Source of the DNA: Sulfurihydrogenibium sp.
GTDB lineage: Bacteria; Aquificota; Aquificia; Aquificales; Hydrogenothermaceae
Direction of reading: 5' to 3'
Assembly (NCBI GenBank): GCA_037442825.1
Contig: JBBIPN010000008.1
Span: forward strand, 1 to 31,607
Length of the DNA: 31,607 bases
Positions 18,080 to 29,014 of the stretch are shown piece after piece. The notes beneath the pieces were generated by a model that was not told the DNA's origin, searched no databases, and was given only the letters and a program-made list of their open reading frames with translations. Numbering within the stretch: the stretch's first letter is position 1; each line of letters opens with the position of its first letter. Position numbers and translations under genes: made by a program.

Positions 18080-19825
18080 TTGATATGGCTAAAATTAGAT
18101 AAGGTTGGGGGGTTAAAGTCTGTTTTCCCTAACCTTATTATCGAAAACTATAAAGATATAGTATCAGTAGAAATAAACAAAAAAAATCTTATAGACTTTT
18201 TAAAATATCTTAAAGATAATCCAGATTACAGTTTTAAAATGTTTATTGATTTTACAGTAGTAGATTATCCTTTACATAATCCAAGATTTCAAGCTATATA
18301 TATTCTTTATTCACCAGATTATAACGAAAGGATAATTGTAAAAACATGGACAGATGAATCTTTACCTTCATTAATAAACCTATGGAAAGGTTCCAAGTGG
18401 GCTGAAAGAGAAGCTTATGATATGTTTGGTATAAAGTTTGAAGGTCATGATAATCTTGTTAGAATGTTCCTTTGGGAAACATATAAATACCATCCACTTA
18501 GAAAAGATTTTCCTAAGGAAGGTATAAAAGATGCATATCTACCTTCTTTAAATGAAGGAGAGAATATTCCAAGCCACGATTATGATTCATACCATACAGC
18601 GATTCCAACATTAGAAGACCTTGAAATAACAGAGAGAAAAAGAATAGATAAAAAAAATCAGATAGTATTAAACTGGGGACCACTTCATCCTGGTACCCAT
18701 GGAACAATATGGTTTTTATTTGATTTAGAAGGAGAAATAATAAAAGACTGTGATATTATATTAGGTCAGCTTCATAGGGGAATAGAAAAGTTATCTGAAG
18801 ATTTAACCTATACACAGATTATTCCATATACAGATAGAATGGACTATATTTCAGCTTTATGCTCTAATATAGTTTATGTAAATGCTGTTGAAAAACTTCT
18901 TGGTGTAGAACCTCCAGAAAAAGCAAAATGGATCAGAACAATGCTTTCAGAACTTCAAAGGATAAATAGTCATCTTCTCTGGCTTGGAACAACAGCTTTA
19001 GACCTTGGTGCCTTAACAATGTTTCTATATGCATTTAGAGAAAGAGAAAAATTAATGGATATTATAGAAGGTATAGCTGGAATACGCCTCAACTCTTCCT
19101 TTTTGAGGATAGGCGGTGTCAGATATGATTTACCAGAAGGTGCTTTAGATGTTATAAAACATTTTCTTAAAGACTTCCCCTCAAGAATAAGAGACTATGA
19201 AAATTTACTTACAAAAAATAGAATCTGGATAAAGAGAAATAAAGATGTAGGTATTGTTACGAAGGAGGATGTTTACCAGTATGGTTTAACTGGTGTAATG
19301 GCAAGAAGTGCTGGTATTCCTTACGATATAAGATATATCCAGCCTACAGATGCTTATGGTCAAGTTGATTTTGAAATTCCTCTAGGTCAAGTTGGCGATG
19401 CATATGATAGATATTTAATAAGAATGGAAGAGATGAAACAGAGTATAAACATAATTAGCCAATGTGTCAAAAAACTTGAATCTATGAAAGATGATAAATA
19501 CATAGCAACTGAAAATCCTTATGTTTTACCTACTTTGAAAGAAGTTTACTACTCAATAGAAGCAATGGTAAAAGATTTTAATTTGAGGATTTACGGTGAG
19601 AAAGCCCCTGTTGGAGAAGTTTATCTTTCTGGAGAAAATCCAAGGGGAGAACTTGGATTTTATATTGTTTCTAAAGGAGAAGGAAGACCATACAGATTTA
19701 GAATAAGGTCTGGAGCATTTTATAATTTACAGATTTTCCCTGAGTTAATAAAAGGTAGAACTGTAGCAGATGCAGTTGCACTACTTGGAAGTATTGACCC
19801 AGTTGTAGGAGAAACAGATAGATAG
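18080..19825 (+). CDS. nuoCD: Fused NADH-quinone oxidoreductase subunit C/D
   Basis: EREAYDMFG, HPLRKDFP (C); NWGPLHPGTHG, LHRGIEK, RMDY, GENPRGELG, DPVVGETDR (D); no NiFe CxxC ligands. Confidence 0.95.
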   Translation: MIWLKLDKVGGLKSVFPNLIIENYKDIVSVEINKKNLIDFLKYLKDNPDYSFKMFIDFTVVDYPLHNPRFQAIYILYSPDYNERIIVKTWTDESLPSLINLWKGSKWAEREAYDMFGIKFEGHDNLVRMFLWETYKYHPLRKDFPKEGIKDAYLPSLNEGENIPSHDYDSYHTAIPTLEDLEITERKRIDKKNQIVLNWGPLHPGTHGTIWFLFDLEGEIIKDCDIILGQLHRGIEKLSEDLTYTQIIPYTDRMDYISALCSNIVYVNAVEKLLGVEPPEKAKWIRTMLSELQRINSHLLWLGTTALDLGALTMFLYAFREREKLMDIIEGIAGIRLNSSFLRIGGVRYDLPEGALDVIKHFLKDFPSRIRDYENLLTKNRIWIKRNKDVGIVTKEDVYQYGLTGVMARSAGIPYDIRYIQPTDAYGQVDFEIPLGQVGDAYDRYLIRMEEMKQSINIISQCVKKLESMKDDKYIATENPYVLPTLKEVYYSIEAMVKDFNLRIYGEKAPVGEVYLSGENPRGELGFYIVSKGEGRPYRFRIRSGAFYNLQIFPELIKGRTVADAVALLGSIDPVVGETDR

Positions 19826-19939
19826 ATTAATTTTTCAATAACTTATATAAATTCTTTTGAAAAAGAAATAAAACAATGTTTAATTTTTAAAAACAATATG
19901 TTAATATAGTTTTAATAAAATAAGAAAAAGAGGTTGCCA

Positions 19940-20950
19940 ATGGAGATGTTAGGTACCATAATAGGAGTTGCTATTAAATCTTTGATTTTTGTTGTTGGTA
20001 TGTTCTTGGCAGCAGCATATTTAACATTGATAGAAAGAAAGTTTGCAGGTCATGTACAACAAAGACCTGGACCTCTTCATGTAGGTTATCACGGAATATT
20101 ACAACCAATAGCAGATGCTTTAAAAGTTCTTACAAAAGAAGATTTAGTTCCAGCTAATGTAGATAAAATTTTATTTTACCTTGCTTCATTGCTTGCTTTT
20201 GTACCAGCTATAATGATTTTAGCTGTTATTCCTTTTGGTGAGCCTTTTACAATTTTTGGTTTTGAGATAAAACCGTACATTACAGATTTAAATATAGGTC
20301 TTATATTAGCTCTTGCATTTGGTAGCATAAGTATATATGGTGTTATCTTTGCTGGGTGGGCTTCCAACAGTAAATACCCTATGATAGGTGGACTTAGAAA
20401 AGCAGCGGTTTTAATAGGTTATGAAGTTGCTCTTGGTTTTGCAATGATAGGTCCTATAATGATGGCTGGTTCATTCTCTTTAAAAGAAATTGTCTATGCT
20501 CAAGATGGGTTTTTTGGTGCATTTATATGGTATCAACCTATAGCTTTTATAGTTATACTTTTTGCTATATTAGCTGAGACTGGCAGAACACCTTTTGATG
20601 TTCAAGAAGCAGAAGCTGAGCTTGTTTCTGGTTATAATACCGAATATTCAGGAATGAAGTTTGGTTTATTCCCTCTTGCAGAATGGTATATAGGTACTTT
20701 TGTTTTAAGTGCTATAGCAGTGATACTATTTTTTGGTGGTTGGAAGGGTCCAGAAATATTTGGTCCTTTATCACATTTTGTTTGGTTTTTCTTAAAAGTA
20801 TCTATGATGTTTATGTTCTTCTTATGGGTGCATTGGACATTACCAAGATACAGAGTAGATCAGATAACTGAAATAGCATGGAAAGTAATGTTACCTCTCT
20901 CATTACTAAACATTTTTATAACAGCAATTATCATTATGATAATAGGATAA
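19940..20950 (+). CDS. nuoH: NADH-quinone oxidoreductase subunit H
   Basis: ERK..G..Q.RPGP, QPIADALK, AETGRTPFD..EAEAELVSG, LPRYRVDQ. ATG at 19940 preferred. Confidence 0.96.
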   Translation: MEMLGTIIGVAIKSLIFVVGMFLAAAYLTLIERKFAGHVQQRPGPLHVGYHGILQPIADALKVLTKEDLVPANVDKILFYLASLLAFVPAIMILAVIPFGEPFTIFGFEIKPYITDLNIGLILALAFGSISIYGVIFAGWASNSKYPMIGGLRKAAVLIGYEVALGFAMIGPIMMAGSFSLKEIVYAQDGFFGAFIWYQPIAFIVILFAILAETGRTPFDVQEAEAELVSGYNTEYSGMKFGLFPLAEWYIGTFVLSAIAVILFFGGWKGPEIFGPLSHFVWFFLKVSMMFMFFLWVHWTLPRYRVDQITEIAWKVMLPLSLLNIFITAIIIMIIG

Positions 20951-20951
20951 G

Positions 20952-21554
20952 ATGGTAAAGTACAAATATTTAGAAAGGCCAAAGCTTAGTATAATAGAGA
21001 AGATATTTTTTATAGATTTTATAAAAGGTTTAAAAGTTACATTTAAAAATTTGTTAAAAAGAACAATAACAACAAAGTTTCCTTACGAAAAACTAACACC
21101 ACCTAAAAGATTTAGAGGTGTTCATGCCCATAGAGTTAAAGATGGAAATGAGCCACCTTCTTTTAGTGTTTTAGAAAAGTTTATGGATATTAATACAGGT
21201 GAAAGTAGGTGTGTAGCTTGTTATATGTGTCAACAAGCTTGCCCAATACCTTCGTTGTTTGTAATAGAAGCAGTTCAACTTCCAAATGGTAAGAAGAAAG
21301 TTACAAAATTTGAGATGAACCTTTTAAACTGTCTGTACTGTGGTCTTTGTGTAGATGCTTGCCCTGTTGATTGCTTAATAATGACAGACATCTACGAAAT
21401 GGCTCAGTATCAAAGAGAAAAATGTGTTATACATATGGAAGATATGAGTGAAAGAGGAAGAGATTTTGATAGAAGAAGGTTAAGAGAACCTGATAGAATC
21501 TGGATAGATGATAATGAAAGAACTAAATTGTGGGGGCATATCCAATGGAGTTAA
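20952..21554 (+). CDS. nuoI: NADH-quinone oxidoreductase subunit I
   Basis: RFRG; CVACYMCQQACP and CLYCGLCVDACP. Confidence 0.95.
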   Translation: MVKYKYLERPKLSIIEKIFFIDFIKGLKVTFKNLLKRTITTKFPYEKLTPPKRFRGVHAHRVKDGNEPPSFSVLEKFMDINTGESRCVACYMCQQACPIPSLFVIEAVQLPNGKKKVTKFEMNLLNCLYCGLCVDACPVDCLIMTDIYEMAQYQREKCVIHMEDMSERGRDFDRRRLREPDRIWIDDNERTKLWGHIQWS

Positions 21555-22075
21555 ATAATTTAGCATTTTGGATTTTATCAACAATTGCTGTTGTATCAGC
21601 TATAGGTGTTGTATTTTTTAGAAATATTATTTATGCTGTTCTATCATTAATATCTACTTTAATAGCAATATCTGGTTTATTCTTTAATCTTGGTGCTGAA
21701 CTTATCGGTGCTTTACAGATTCTTATTTATGCAGTTGCTATAGTTGTCTTCTATGTTCTTGTAATTTCAACAGTTCCCCAGTATAAAGGCCAGTCTGTAG
21801 ATCCTAAATATACGTTGTTATCTTTACCATTTGGATTTTTACTATTTTTAGAACTTGCTTATGTATCGGTTTATGGTCTTTGGGTATCCAATAAAGGAAT
21901 ATTTTCACCAGATATATTTGAAAAAATATCAAATGCTAAAGCAGTTTCAACATTACTATTTACAAAATACCTCTTTCCTTTTGAAGTAGCATCTTTAATT
22001 TTACTTGTTGCTATGATTGGAGCAATACTTTTAGGTAGAAAAGATATCGTTGAAGATGAAGAAGGAGGTAGGTGA
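21545..22075 (+). CDS. nuoJ: NADH-quinone oxidoreductase subunit J
   Basis: LGAE...LQILIYA.AI.V, YLFPFEVASLILLVAMIGA; operon position. Confidence 0.93.
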   Translation: MELNNLAFWILSTIAVVSAIGVVFFRNIIYAVLSLISTLIAISGLFFNLGAELIGALQILIYAVAIVVFYVLVISTVPQYKGQSVDPKYTLLSLPFGFLLFLELAYVSVYGLWVSNKGIFSPDIFEKISNAKAVSTLLFTKYLFPFEVASLILLVAMIGAILLGRKDIVEDEEGGR

Positions 22076-22377
22076 TGGTACCTATTGAATACTATGTAGC
22101 TTTAAGTGGTCTTTTAATGGTTCTTGGTTTTATAGGTGTTATTGTTAGAAAAAATATAATAGCTATGCTCTTATCAACAGAACTTATGCTTAATGCAGTT
22201 AATATTGCTTTTGTTGCTTTTGATTTTAAGCTTCATGAAGTTTCAGGTCAAGTTTTTGTATTTTTTATATTGACGATTGCTGCAGCAGAAGCTGCAATAG
22301 GTCTTGGTTTAATTATGGCTATCTACAGAATGAAAAAAGATGTGGATGTTGAAAAATTAACGGAGCTAAAGGGGTAG
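22075..22377 (+). CDS. nuoK: NADH-quinone oxidoreductase subunit K
   Basis: RKNII...STELMLNA, GQVF...IAAAEAAIGL; TGATG coupling with nuoJ. Confidence 0.95.
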   Translation: MVPIEYYVALSGLLMVLGFIGVIVRKNIIAMLLSTELMLNAVNIAFVAFDFKLHEVSGQVFVFFILTIAAAEAAIGLGLIMAIYRMKKDVDVEKLTELKG

Positions 22378-22381
22378 AGCT

Positions 22382-24328
22382 ATGGAATACTTATGGATAA
22401 TACCGTTTTCACCACTGATTGCATTTATTATTATAGGACTTTTTGGGTATAGGTTTTTAAGAGAACCTTTATCTGGTATAGTTGCAGTTATAGGTGTTGC
22501 TATCTCTGCTGTAGCGTCAGTAATTGGATTTGTAGATGTTGCAAAAACAGGAAGTTATTATGATTTAAAACTTTTTAATTGGCTTACAACAGGTGATTAC
22601 TCTATATCTATAAGTATTTTATGGGATCCTCTGTCTGCTTTAATGACGTGTGTAGTAACGTGTGTATCTACATTTATTTTTATATTTGCTACTGGTTATA
22701 TGAAAGGAGATGAATCGTATCCAAGATTTTTTGCATACCTCTCTTTATTTGTATTTATGATGCTTATGCTTACACTTTCTGATAACCTTGTCCAACTTTT
22801 CTTCGGTTGGGAAGGGGTAGGATTAGCTTCATACCTTTTAATTGGATTTTGGCATTATAAAAAGTCAGCTTCAAATGCTGCTATGGAAGCTTTTGTAGTA
22901 AACAGGGTTGGAGACTGGTTATTCTTACTTGGTATACTTTTAGCTTTTGTTACATTTGGAACGTTAGATTATCTTCAAATATTTAATAAATTACCAGGTA
23001 CTGACTATATAATAATTACAGCTATAGCTTTACTACTTTTTGGTGGTGCAGTAGGTAAGTCTGCACAAATTCCACTTCATATTTGGTTACCAAATGCTAT
23101 GGAAGGTCCTACGCCTGTTTCAGCTTTAATCCATGCAGCTACAATGGTTGCTGCTGGTGTTTATATGGTTGCAAGGATAATGCCAGTGTTTGCATCTTCG
23201 GAAGTTGCTTTAGATACAGTTTTATTTGTTGGTACTATGTCTGCTTTCTTAGCTGCTACAATGGGTCTTGTTCAAAATGATATAAAGAGAATTATAGCTT
23301 ACTCAACATTATCACAGCTTGGTTATATGTTTGCAGCGGAAGGATTAGGTTTATTTAGTGAAGGTATGTTCCACTTAACTTCTCATGCAGTATTTAAAGC
23401 TTTACTATTCCTTGGTTCAGGTAGTGTTTTAATTGCTTTACACCATTTACTAGATGTTCAGAAAATGGGTCAAATTGGTAGAGCAATGCCAATTACTATG
23501 GGAACGTTTTTAATAGGTTCTTTAGCATTAGCTGGTATTCCACCTTTTGTAGGTTTCTTTAGTAAAGATCCAATTATAGAAGGTGCTTTTGAGATAAATA
23601 CATTTGCATTTACATTTTTGTGGATAGGTGCCCTTATGACAGCTTTTTATATATTTAGGCTTTTCTTCTTAACATTCTTTGATAGTGATAGGTTAGATCC
23701 TCATTTAAAGGAGCATGTTCATGAATCACCACCAAATATGACTATACCTCTCATTGTTTTAGCTTCTGGGTCTGTTATAATTGGATTCTTTAGGGAGTTT
23801 TTCATAAACTTTTTAAAGCCGTCCTTAGATCCTGCATATATGACATTCCTTTCTTCAGAAACAAAAGCATTAGTGAATGAAGGTCTTGCAAGAGCTCATC
23901 ATGTTCATATAGAAACAAATGCTTTTGAATTTTTAGGACATTCTTTGACATCTTTATTAGGAATAGTTTTATTTGTAACAGCGTTAGCTGGTATTTTACT
24001 TGCTTATACTATGTATCAAATTAGGAAAATTGATCCAGTTAAGGTTGGAGATACTTTCAAACCTTTATATACACTTTTCTATAATAGATGGTTCTTTGAC
24101 CATATTTACTATGCTATATTTGTACATGGATACTATAAACTTTCTAAAGTTTTATGGTTTGTAGGAGATAAGATTATCATAGATGGAATAGTTGATGGTT
24201 CTGCAAAAACTTCCCTATTTACAGGAGAGATTTTCAGAAAAACACAACTTGGAAGAATCAGTGGATATGTTCTTCAGATGTTAATAGGTGTTGTAATATT
24301 CTTATCACTATTCTTCTTTTTGAAGTAG
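22382..24328 (+). CDS. nuoL: NADH-quinone oxidoreductase subunit L
   Basis: WEGVGLASYLLIGFW, GKSAQIPLHIWLPNAMEGPTPVSALIHAATMV, KRIIAYSTLSQLG. Confidence 0.97.
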   Translation: MEYLWIIPFSPLIAFIIIGLFGYRFLREPLSGIVAVIGVAISAVASVIGFVDVAKTGSYYDLKLFNWLTTGDYSISISILWDPLSALMTCVVTCVSTFIFIFATGYMKGDESYPRFFAYLSLFVFMMLMLTLSDNLVQLFFGWEGVGLASYLLIGFWHYKKSASNAAMEAFVVNRVGDWLFLLGILLAFVTFGTLDYLQIFNKLPGTDYIIITAIALLLFGGAVGKSAQIPLHIWLPNAMEGPTPVSALIHAATMVAAGVYMVARIMPVFASSEVALDTVLFVGTMSAFLAATMGLVQNDIKRIIAYSTLSQLGYMFAAEGLGLFSEGMFHLTSHAVFKALLFLGSGSVLIALHHLLDVQKMGQIGRAMPITMGTFLIGSLALAGIPPFVGFFSKDPIIEGAFEINTFAFTFLWIGALMTAFYIFRLFFLTFFDSDRLDPHLKEHVHESPPNMTIPLIVLASGSVIIGFFREFFINFLKPSLDPAYMTFLSSETKALVNEGLARAHHVHIETNAFEFLGHSLTSLLGIVLFVTALAGILLAYTMYQIRKIDPVKVGDTFKPLYTLFYNRWFFDHIYYAIFVHGYYKLSKVLWFVGDKIIIDGIVDGSAKTSLFTGEIFRKTQLGRISGYVLQMLIGVVIFLSLFFFLK

Positions 24329-24340
24329 GAGGAGGATGAA

Positions 24341-25849
24341 ATGACAGTTGATTTTGTAAGAGCAGATTTCCCGATAATAAGTATAAGTATCTTAATACCT
24401 ATAGTTGCTGCTGTAATAGTATTTGCTTTAAATGAAAAACTTGCTAAACCTATAAGTATAGTTACATCTCTTATAGTATTTATTATTTCTTCTTACATGT
24501 TGTTTAAATATGATCCAAGTGGTTATAAAATCCAGTTTTATGAAAAGTATACATGGATTCCACAGTTTGGTATTAACTACGAAGTTGGTGTAGATGCATT
24601 AAGTTTAACGATGGTTTGGCTAACTGCTTTATCTTTCTTTGTGTCTTTCTTGTGGAGTACAAATATAGAGAAAAGAGTTAAAGAGTATTTTGTAGCATTT
24701 TTAATACTTGAATCTGCTTGTATAGGTGTTTTTGTAGCATTTGATTTAGTTGCCTTTTATGTTTTTTGGGAAGTTATGCTTATACCAATGTTTTTAATTA
24801 TTGGTGTTTGGGGTTATGCAGAAAGGATATATGCAGCAACTAAGTTTTTTATATACACATTTTTTGGTTCTCTCTTCTTATTGATTGGTGTTATTGGAAT
24901 GTATATTTATAACTATGAAGTAAATAATGTTTTATCTACAAGTTATTTTGATTTATTAAAACTTCAACTTCCGTTTAACTGGGAAGTTATCTTCTTCTTA
25001 TTACTTGCATTAGGTTTTGCTATTAAGGTTCCAATGTGGCCATTCCATACATGGTTACCAGCAGCTCACGTTCAAGCTCCTACAGCTGGTTCTGTTATAC
25101 TTGCAGCTGTACTTTTAAAGATGGGAACTTATGGATTTGTAAGATTTAGTCTCCCATGGTTTCCAGAAGCTTCTAAATACTTTATGCCTGTTATGTTTAC
25201 TCTTGGTGTAATAGCTATAATATATACAGCAATGATGGCTATAGCACAAACACATATAAAAAGACTTATAGCTTACTCATCCGTTTCTCATATGGGTTTT
25301 GTTACAATAGGTACATTTGCACTAAATCCAGAAGGTGTAAATGGTGCTATTATTACAATGATATCTCACGGTTTAACATCAGGAGCATTATTCCTGGCGG
25401 CAGGTTTTATATACGAGAGATTACATAGTTATGAGATGAAAGATTTAGGCGGTATGGCTAAGTTTGTACCTGTATTTGCTACATTATTTATGATATCTGC
25501 TATGGCTTCTGCAGGTTTACCTGGATTATCTGGTTTTGTAGGGGAGTTTTTATCATTACTTGGTACATTTAAAGTAAGTATACTAACAGCTTCATTAGCT
25601 GGTCTTAGTTTGATAGTAGGTGCAGCTTATACATTATGGTTGTACAAAAGAGCGATGTTTGAAGAGGAGTTACTATCAAAAGAAAAAATTAAAGAGTATT
25701 CTAAACTAAAAGACCTTAATACTACTGAGCTTTGGTCATTTTTACCACTTGTTATATTTATGTTTGTTATAGGTTTATATCCTAACTGGTGGATTAATCT
25801 TATAAATAATACAACTGCATTTGTTCTTCATAAGATTGTGGGAGGTTAA
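24341..25849 (+). CDS. nuoM: NADH-quinone oxidoreductase subunit M
   Basis: [44 protein letters not shown]. Confidence 0.97.
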   Translation: MTVDFVRADFPIISISILIPIVAAVIVFALNEKLAKPISIVTSLIVFIISSYMLFKYDPSGYKIQFYEKYTWIPQFGINYEVGVDALSLTMVWLTALSFFVSFLWSTNIEKRVKEYFVAFLILESACIGVFVAFDLVAFYVFWEVMLIPMFLIIGVWGYAERIYAATKFFIYTFFGSLFLLIGVIGMYIYNYEVNNVLSTSYFDLLKLQLPFNWEVIFFLLLALGFAIKVPMWPFHTWLPAAHVQAPTAGSVILAAVLLKMGTYGFVRFSLPWFPEASKYFMPVMFTLGVIAIIYTAMMAIAQTHIKRLIAYSSVSHMGFVTIGTFALNPEGVNGAIITMISHGLTSGALFLAAGFIYERLHSYEMKDLGGMAKFVPVFATLFMISAMASAGLPGLSGFVGEFLSLLGTFKVSILTASLAGLSLIVGAAYTLWLYKRAMFEEELLSKEKIKEYSKLKDLNTTELWSFLPLVIFMFVIGLYPNWWINLINNTTAFVLHKIVGG

Positions 25850-27324
25850 TGAAGATGACTATAGTGCAACAGCTTGTATCAGGTTTAGGAATACCTAATT
25901 TTAATGTTTTAATTCCTGAGATTATTGTGTTGATAACTGGAATTTTGGTTTTTGTCGTAGAGTTGTTTACAAAAAATAGGAATGTACTTTTATATATATC
26001 AATATTTGGTCTTTCTTTAGCATTTCTTTCTAACTTTTTAATATCAGAAGGTACTATCACTTTATATGGTCTTTATATTGTAGATTCATTTGCTATAGTC
26101 TTTAAAGTTTTTATGATTTTTGGAACAATTTTAGTACTATTTTTACTTCAACCTTATGTTGATAGTAAAAAAACTTCCTATGGTGAATATTACTACTTAA
26201 TTATGTTTTCTCTTCTTGGTATGATGATAATGGTTTCTTCTCCAAATCTTGTTAGTTTTTATATTGGATTGGAATTAATGTCAGTATCTATATATATTCT
26301 CGTTGGATTATGGAGAAAAGATTATAAATCTAAAGAAGGAGCTTTTAAATACCTTATAATAGGTGGTGCAGGTACTGCTGTTATAAGTTATGCTATAGCA
26401 CTTATCTATGGGAAAACTGGAAGTTTTGATTTTGCAAGAATATTTATGGAAATTCAAGATAAATCAGATATAGGTTTAATAGGAGGTTTAGTCCTACTTA
26501 TATTAGGTTTAGCTTTAAAAGCTTCAGCAGTTCCACTGCATTTTTGGACTCCAGATGCTTACGAATCTGCTCCAACACCTATAACTGCCTTTTTAGCAAG
26601 TGTTTCAAAAATTGCAGTGTATGCGGCAATATTAAGGATTATGGTTGAAGCGTTTCCTATGGTTAACAACCTATGGTCTTATGGATGGGCAATACTCGCT
26701 GCTGCATCTATGATAATAGGTAACTTTGTAGCTTTAAAACAAAGAAATGTCAAAAGAATGTTAGCTTACTCTTCTATAGCCCATACAGGTTATATTTTGG
26801 CAGCTTTAGCTTCACCTACAGGAATTGGTTTTGTTGCATTAATTTTTTACTCTTTAACTTATATATTTATGGCTCTTGGTGGCTTTTTATTCCTATCAGC
26901 ATTTGAAAGAAGTGGCAACTGGTCAAACGATATAGATGACTTTAAAGGTCTTGCAAAAAAGCATCCTATTATGTCTTTATTTATGCTTATATATATGTTC
27001 TCTATGCTTGGAATTCCACCAACAGTAGGTTTTATGGGTAAATTTGGTGTGTTCTTAGCTTTAATAGCAAATAATGTATGGTGGTTAGCTGTTATACTTG
27101 TTATTACAAGTATAGTGTCTGCTGGTTATTACTTAAGAATAGTTGCTTATATGTATATGTATGAACCTATAATGGAAGAAAGGTTTAATTTAAATGTTTA
27201 TGAAAAGTTTACAATAGGTTTCCTTGCAATACTTGTTATTGTGATAGGTATATATCCAACAGTATTTTGGGAAATTTCTAATGTGTTAGCCTCAGTACTT
27301 GTTATGAACGTAGGTGCAAGATGA
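25849..27324 (+). CDS. nuoN: NADH-quinone oxidoreductase subunit N
   Basis: [42 protein letters not shown]; alternative start at 25855. Confidence 0.96.
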   Translation: MKMTIVQQLVSGLGIPNFNVLIPEIIVLITGILVFVVELFTKNRNVLLYISIFGLSLAFLSNFLISEGTITLYGLYIVDSFAIVFKVFMIFGTILVLFLLQPYVDSKKTSYGEYYYLIMFSLLGMMIMVSSPNLVSFYIGLELMSVSIYILVGLWRKDYKSKEGAFKYLIIGGAGTAVISYAIALIYGKTGSFDFARIFMEIQDKSDIGLIGGLVLLILGLALKASAVPLHFWTPDAYESAPTPITAFLASVSKIAVYAAILRIMVEAFPMVNNLWSYGWAILAAASMIIGNFVALKQRNVKRMLAYSSIAHTGYILAALASPTGIGFVALIFYSLTYIFMALGGFLFLSAFERSGNWSNDIDDFKGLAKKHPIMSLFMLIYMFSMLGIPPTVGFMGKFGVFLALIANNVWWLAVILVITSIVSAGYYLRIVAYMYMYEPIMEERFNLNVYEKFTIGFLAILVIVIGIYPTVFWEISNVLASVLVMNVGAR

Positions 27325-27938
27325 TAAAAGGAGATGTTTTTATCATCTCTTCACCTGCTGGTGGTGGTAAAACTACTTTAACAAATATGATATTAGAAGA
27401 AGATTATAAAATAAAAAGAGTAGTTACATATACAACAAGAAGAAAAAGAAAGAATGAGAAAGATGGTGTAGATTACGTTTTTGTAAAAAAAAGAGAATTT
27501 AAAAAGCTGATAGGACAGGATGCATTTTTAGAGTATGCTCAAGTTCATGATAACTATTATGGTACACCAAAAAAAGAAGTTTTTGATTTGTTAGAAAGAG
27601 GTTATGATGTAGTTCTTGTTATTGATGTGCAAGGTATGAGACAGATAAAAGAAAAAATCCAAAATGCTATAACTATATTCATTCTTCCTCCTTCCTTTGA
27701 AGAGTTAGAAAATAGAATGAGGATGAGAGGGGAAACATCTGAAGAAATAGAAAAACGTCTACAAACAGCAAGAAAAGAGTTATTTGCATGGAAAGATTAT
27801 GATTATGTCATTGTAAATGAGTATATAATAGAAGCAAAAGAAAAGCTAAAAACAATAATAAATGCACAGAGATTAAGAAGAGATAGATTTGACCTTAATC
27901 TTATAAAAGATGAAAAGATGAAGAAGATTATGTTATAA
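27321..27938 (+). CDS. gmk: Guanylate kinase
   Basis: [11 protein letters not shown]-loop, TTR..R..E.DGVDY, YYGT, IDVQG, IFILPPS. Confidence 0.96.
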   Translation: MIKGDVFIISSPAGGGKTTLTNMILEEDYKIKRVVTYTTRRKRKNEKDGVDYVFVKKREFKKLIGQDAFLEYAQVHDNYYGTPKKEVFDLLERGYDVVLVIDVQGMRQIKEKIQNAITIFILPPSFEELENRMRMRGETSEEIEKRLQTARKELFAWKDYDYVIVNEYIIEAKEKLKTIINAQRLRRDRFDLNLIKDEKMKKIML

Positions 27939-27939
27939 T
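27931..27939 (+). promoter_or_regulatory. Possible extended -10 promoter (TGtTATAAT) for rpoZ
   Basis: Exact TGnTATAAT overlapping the gmk stop, 33 bp before the rpoZ start. Confidence 0.35.
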
Positions 27940-27972
27940 AATATATTTATTTTAATTTTTGGAGGTTAAAGT

Positions 27973-28185
27973 TTGAATCAAAGGCCACTTATAGAGCAAG
28001 CATTAAAAAAAGTGAGAAGCAGATATGAATTAGTTCATGCAACATCAAAACTTGCTATAGAATTATATGAAACAGGTCAAGAAACATATGTAACAGAAGA
28101 AGGCATTCCTTTGAAGAAAACAGTTATAGCAATAGATGAGATAGCCTTAGGAAAAGCTCAAATTAAGATAAACAAAGATAAATAG
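27973..28185 (+). CDS. rpoZ: RNA polymerase omega subunit
   Basis: RPLIE.AL..V.SRYELV, K.TVIAIDEIA.G; gmk-rpoZ synteny; GGAGG SD before a TTG start. Confidence 0.92.
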   Translation: MNQRPLIEQALKKVRSRYELVHATSKLAIELYETGQETYVTEEGIPLKKTVIAIDEIALGKAQIKINKDK

Positions 28186-29014
28186 TAAAATACTTTCCTT
28201 TTACTTTTTTAATTACTTTTATATCGTTTAATTTAGCAACTTCTTCAAGGATTATTAACCCTATTCCACTTCCACTTTCTAAGTCTTTTTTTATATCATT
28301 CTTAATGATTAACATCTTTTTAAAAATTTTTATCATTACTTTATTTTTTGAATATTTAAAAGCATTTTCAATAGCTATGTTTAAAATAATATCTATGTCT
28401 GATTTTATTTTATAAACTTCTAATTTGCTTAATCGTAGGAATAGTTTTTTATTACTGAACTCAAACTCTTTTAAGTTATTTAATATAAGTTCATCTATAA
28501 AAAAACGTTCTTCATTTTTCCTTTCAAACTGAAACTTTTTAAATGTTTCAATGAGATTTTTTAAATCATAGTTAATAGTTTTCACTAATTTTTCAATTTT
28601 TTCGGTAGTTGGATTATTACATTTGTTTTTTAATATCTCAATATTTATATTTAAAGATGTGGTTTTGTTTCCAAGTTTATGACTTACTGAAAGTAAAAGT
28701 AGCTGAAGAAATTGTTTATATCTCTTTTCCTTCTCTAAATATCTTTCGGTTATCTTATATACTATCAAAATGGAAGAGAATACTAAAAATGCCTCCCATA
28801 TTAATAAAGATTTTCCATAATCTTTTTTTATATCTTTAATGTTCAAATTTGGTTCAGAAAGATATCCATATCCTTGTTTTTCTAATAGGTAATTTACATA
28901 TTGGTATTTGTCAATAACTTCATTGAGATAGTATAAATTTATAAAGTTAATCATAGTTAAGCTAAATATAAATACAATGCTTATAAGAATTAAAATTTTT
29001 GTTTCATATCTCAA
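28163..29014 (-). CDS. Small membrane sensor histidine kinase
   Basis: Two TM helices, H-box-like SHKLGN, N-box NAFKYS, G2 GSGIGL; coupled to the response regulator. Confidence 0.8.
   Translation of the reverse strand: MRYETKILILISIVFIFSLTMINFINLYYLNEVIDKYQYVNYLLEKQGYGYLSEPNLNIKDIKKDYGKSLLIWEAFLVFSSILIVYKITERYLEKEKRYKQFLQLLLLSVSHKLGNKTTSLNINIEILKNKCNNPTTEKIEKLVKTINYDLKNLIETFKKFQFERKNEERFFIDELILNNLKEFEFSNKKLFLRLSKLEVYKIKSDIDIILNIAIENAFKYSKNKVMIKIFKKMLIIKNDIKKDLESGSGIGLIILEEVAKLNDIKVIKKVKGKYFTIYLCLS

Noticed and set aside
18080..19825. Group 4 [NiFe]-hydrogenase large subunit
   Set aside because: Lacks both CxxC Ni ligand pairs; has NuoD quinone-site motifs.
1038..26060. Short antisense or off-frame ORFs in the track (1038, 1532, 3688, 4174, 4959, 6772, 7369, 7442, 8982, 9986, 13014, 15548, 17491, 18513, 20176, 20683, 23083, 25800)
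   Set aside because: All lie inside well-supported genes, lack family motifs and look like shadow ORFs.
28609..28839. 76-aa plus-strand ORF
   Set aside because: Antisense shadow of the histidine kinase.
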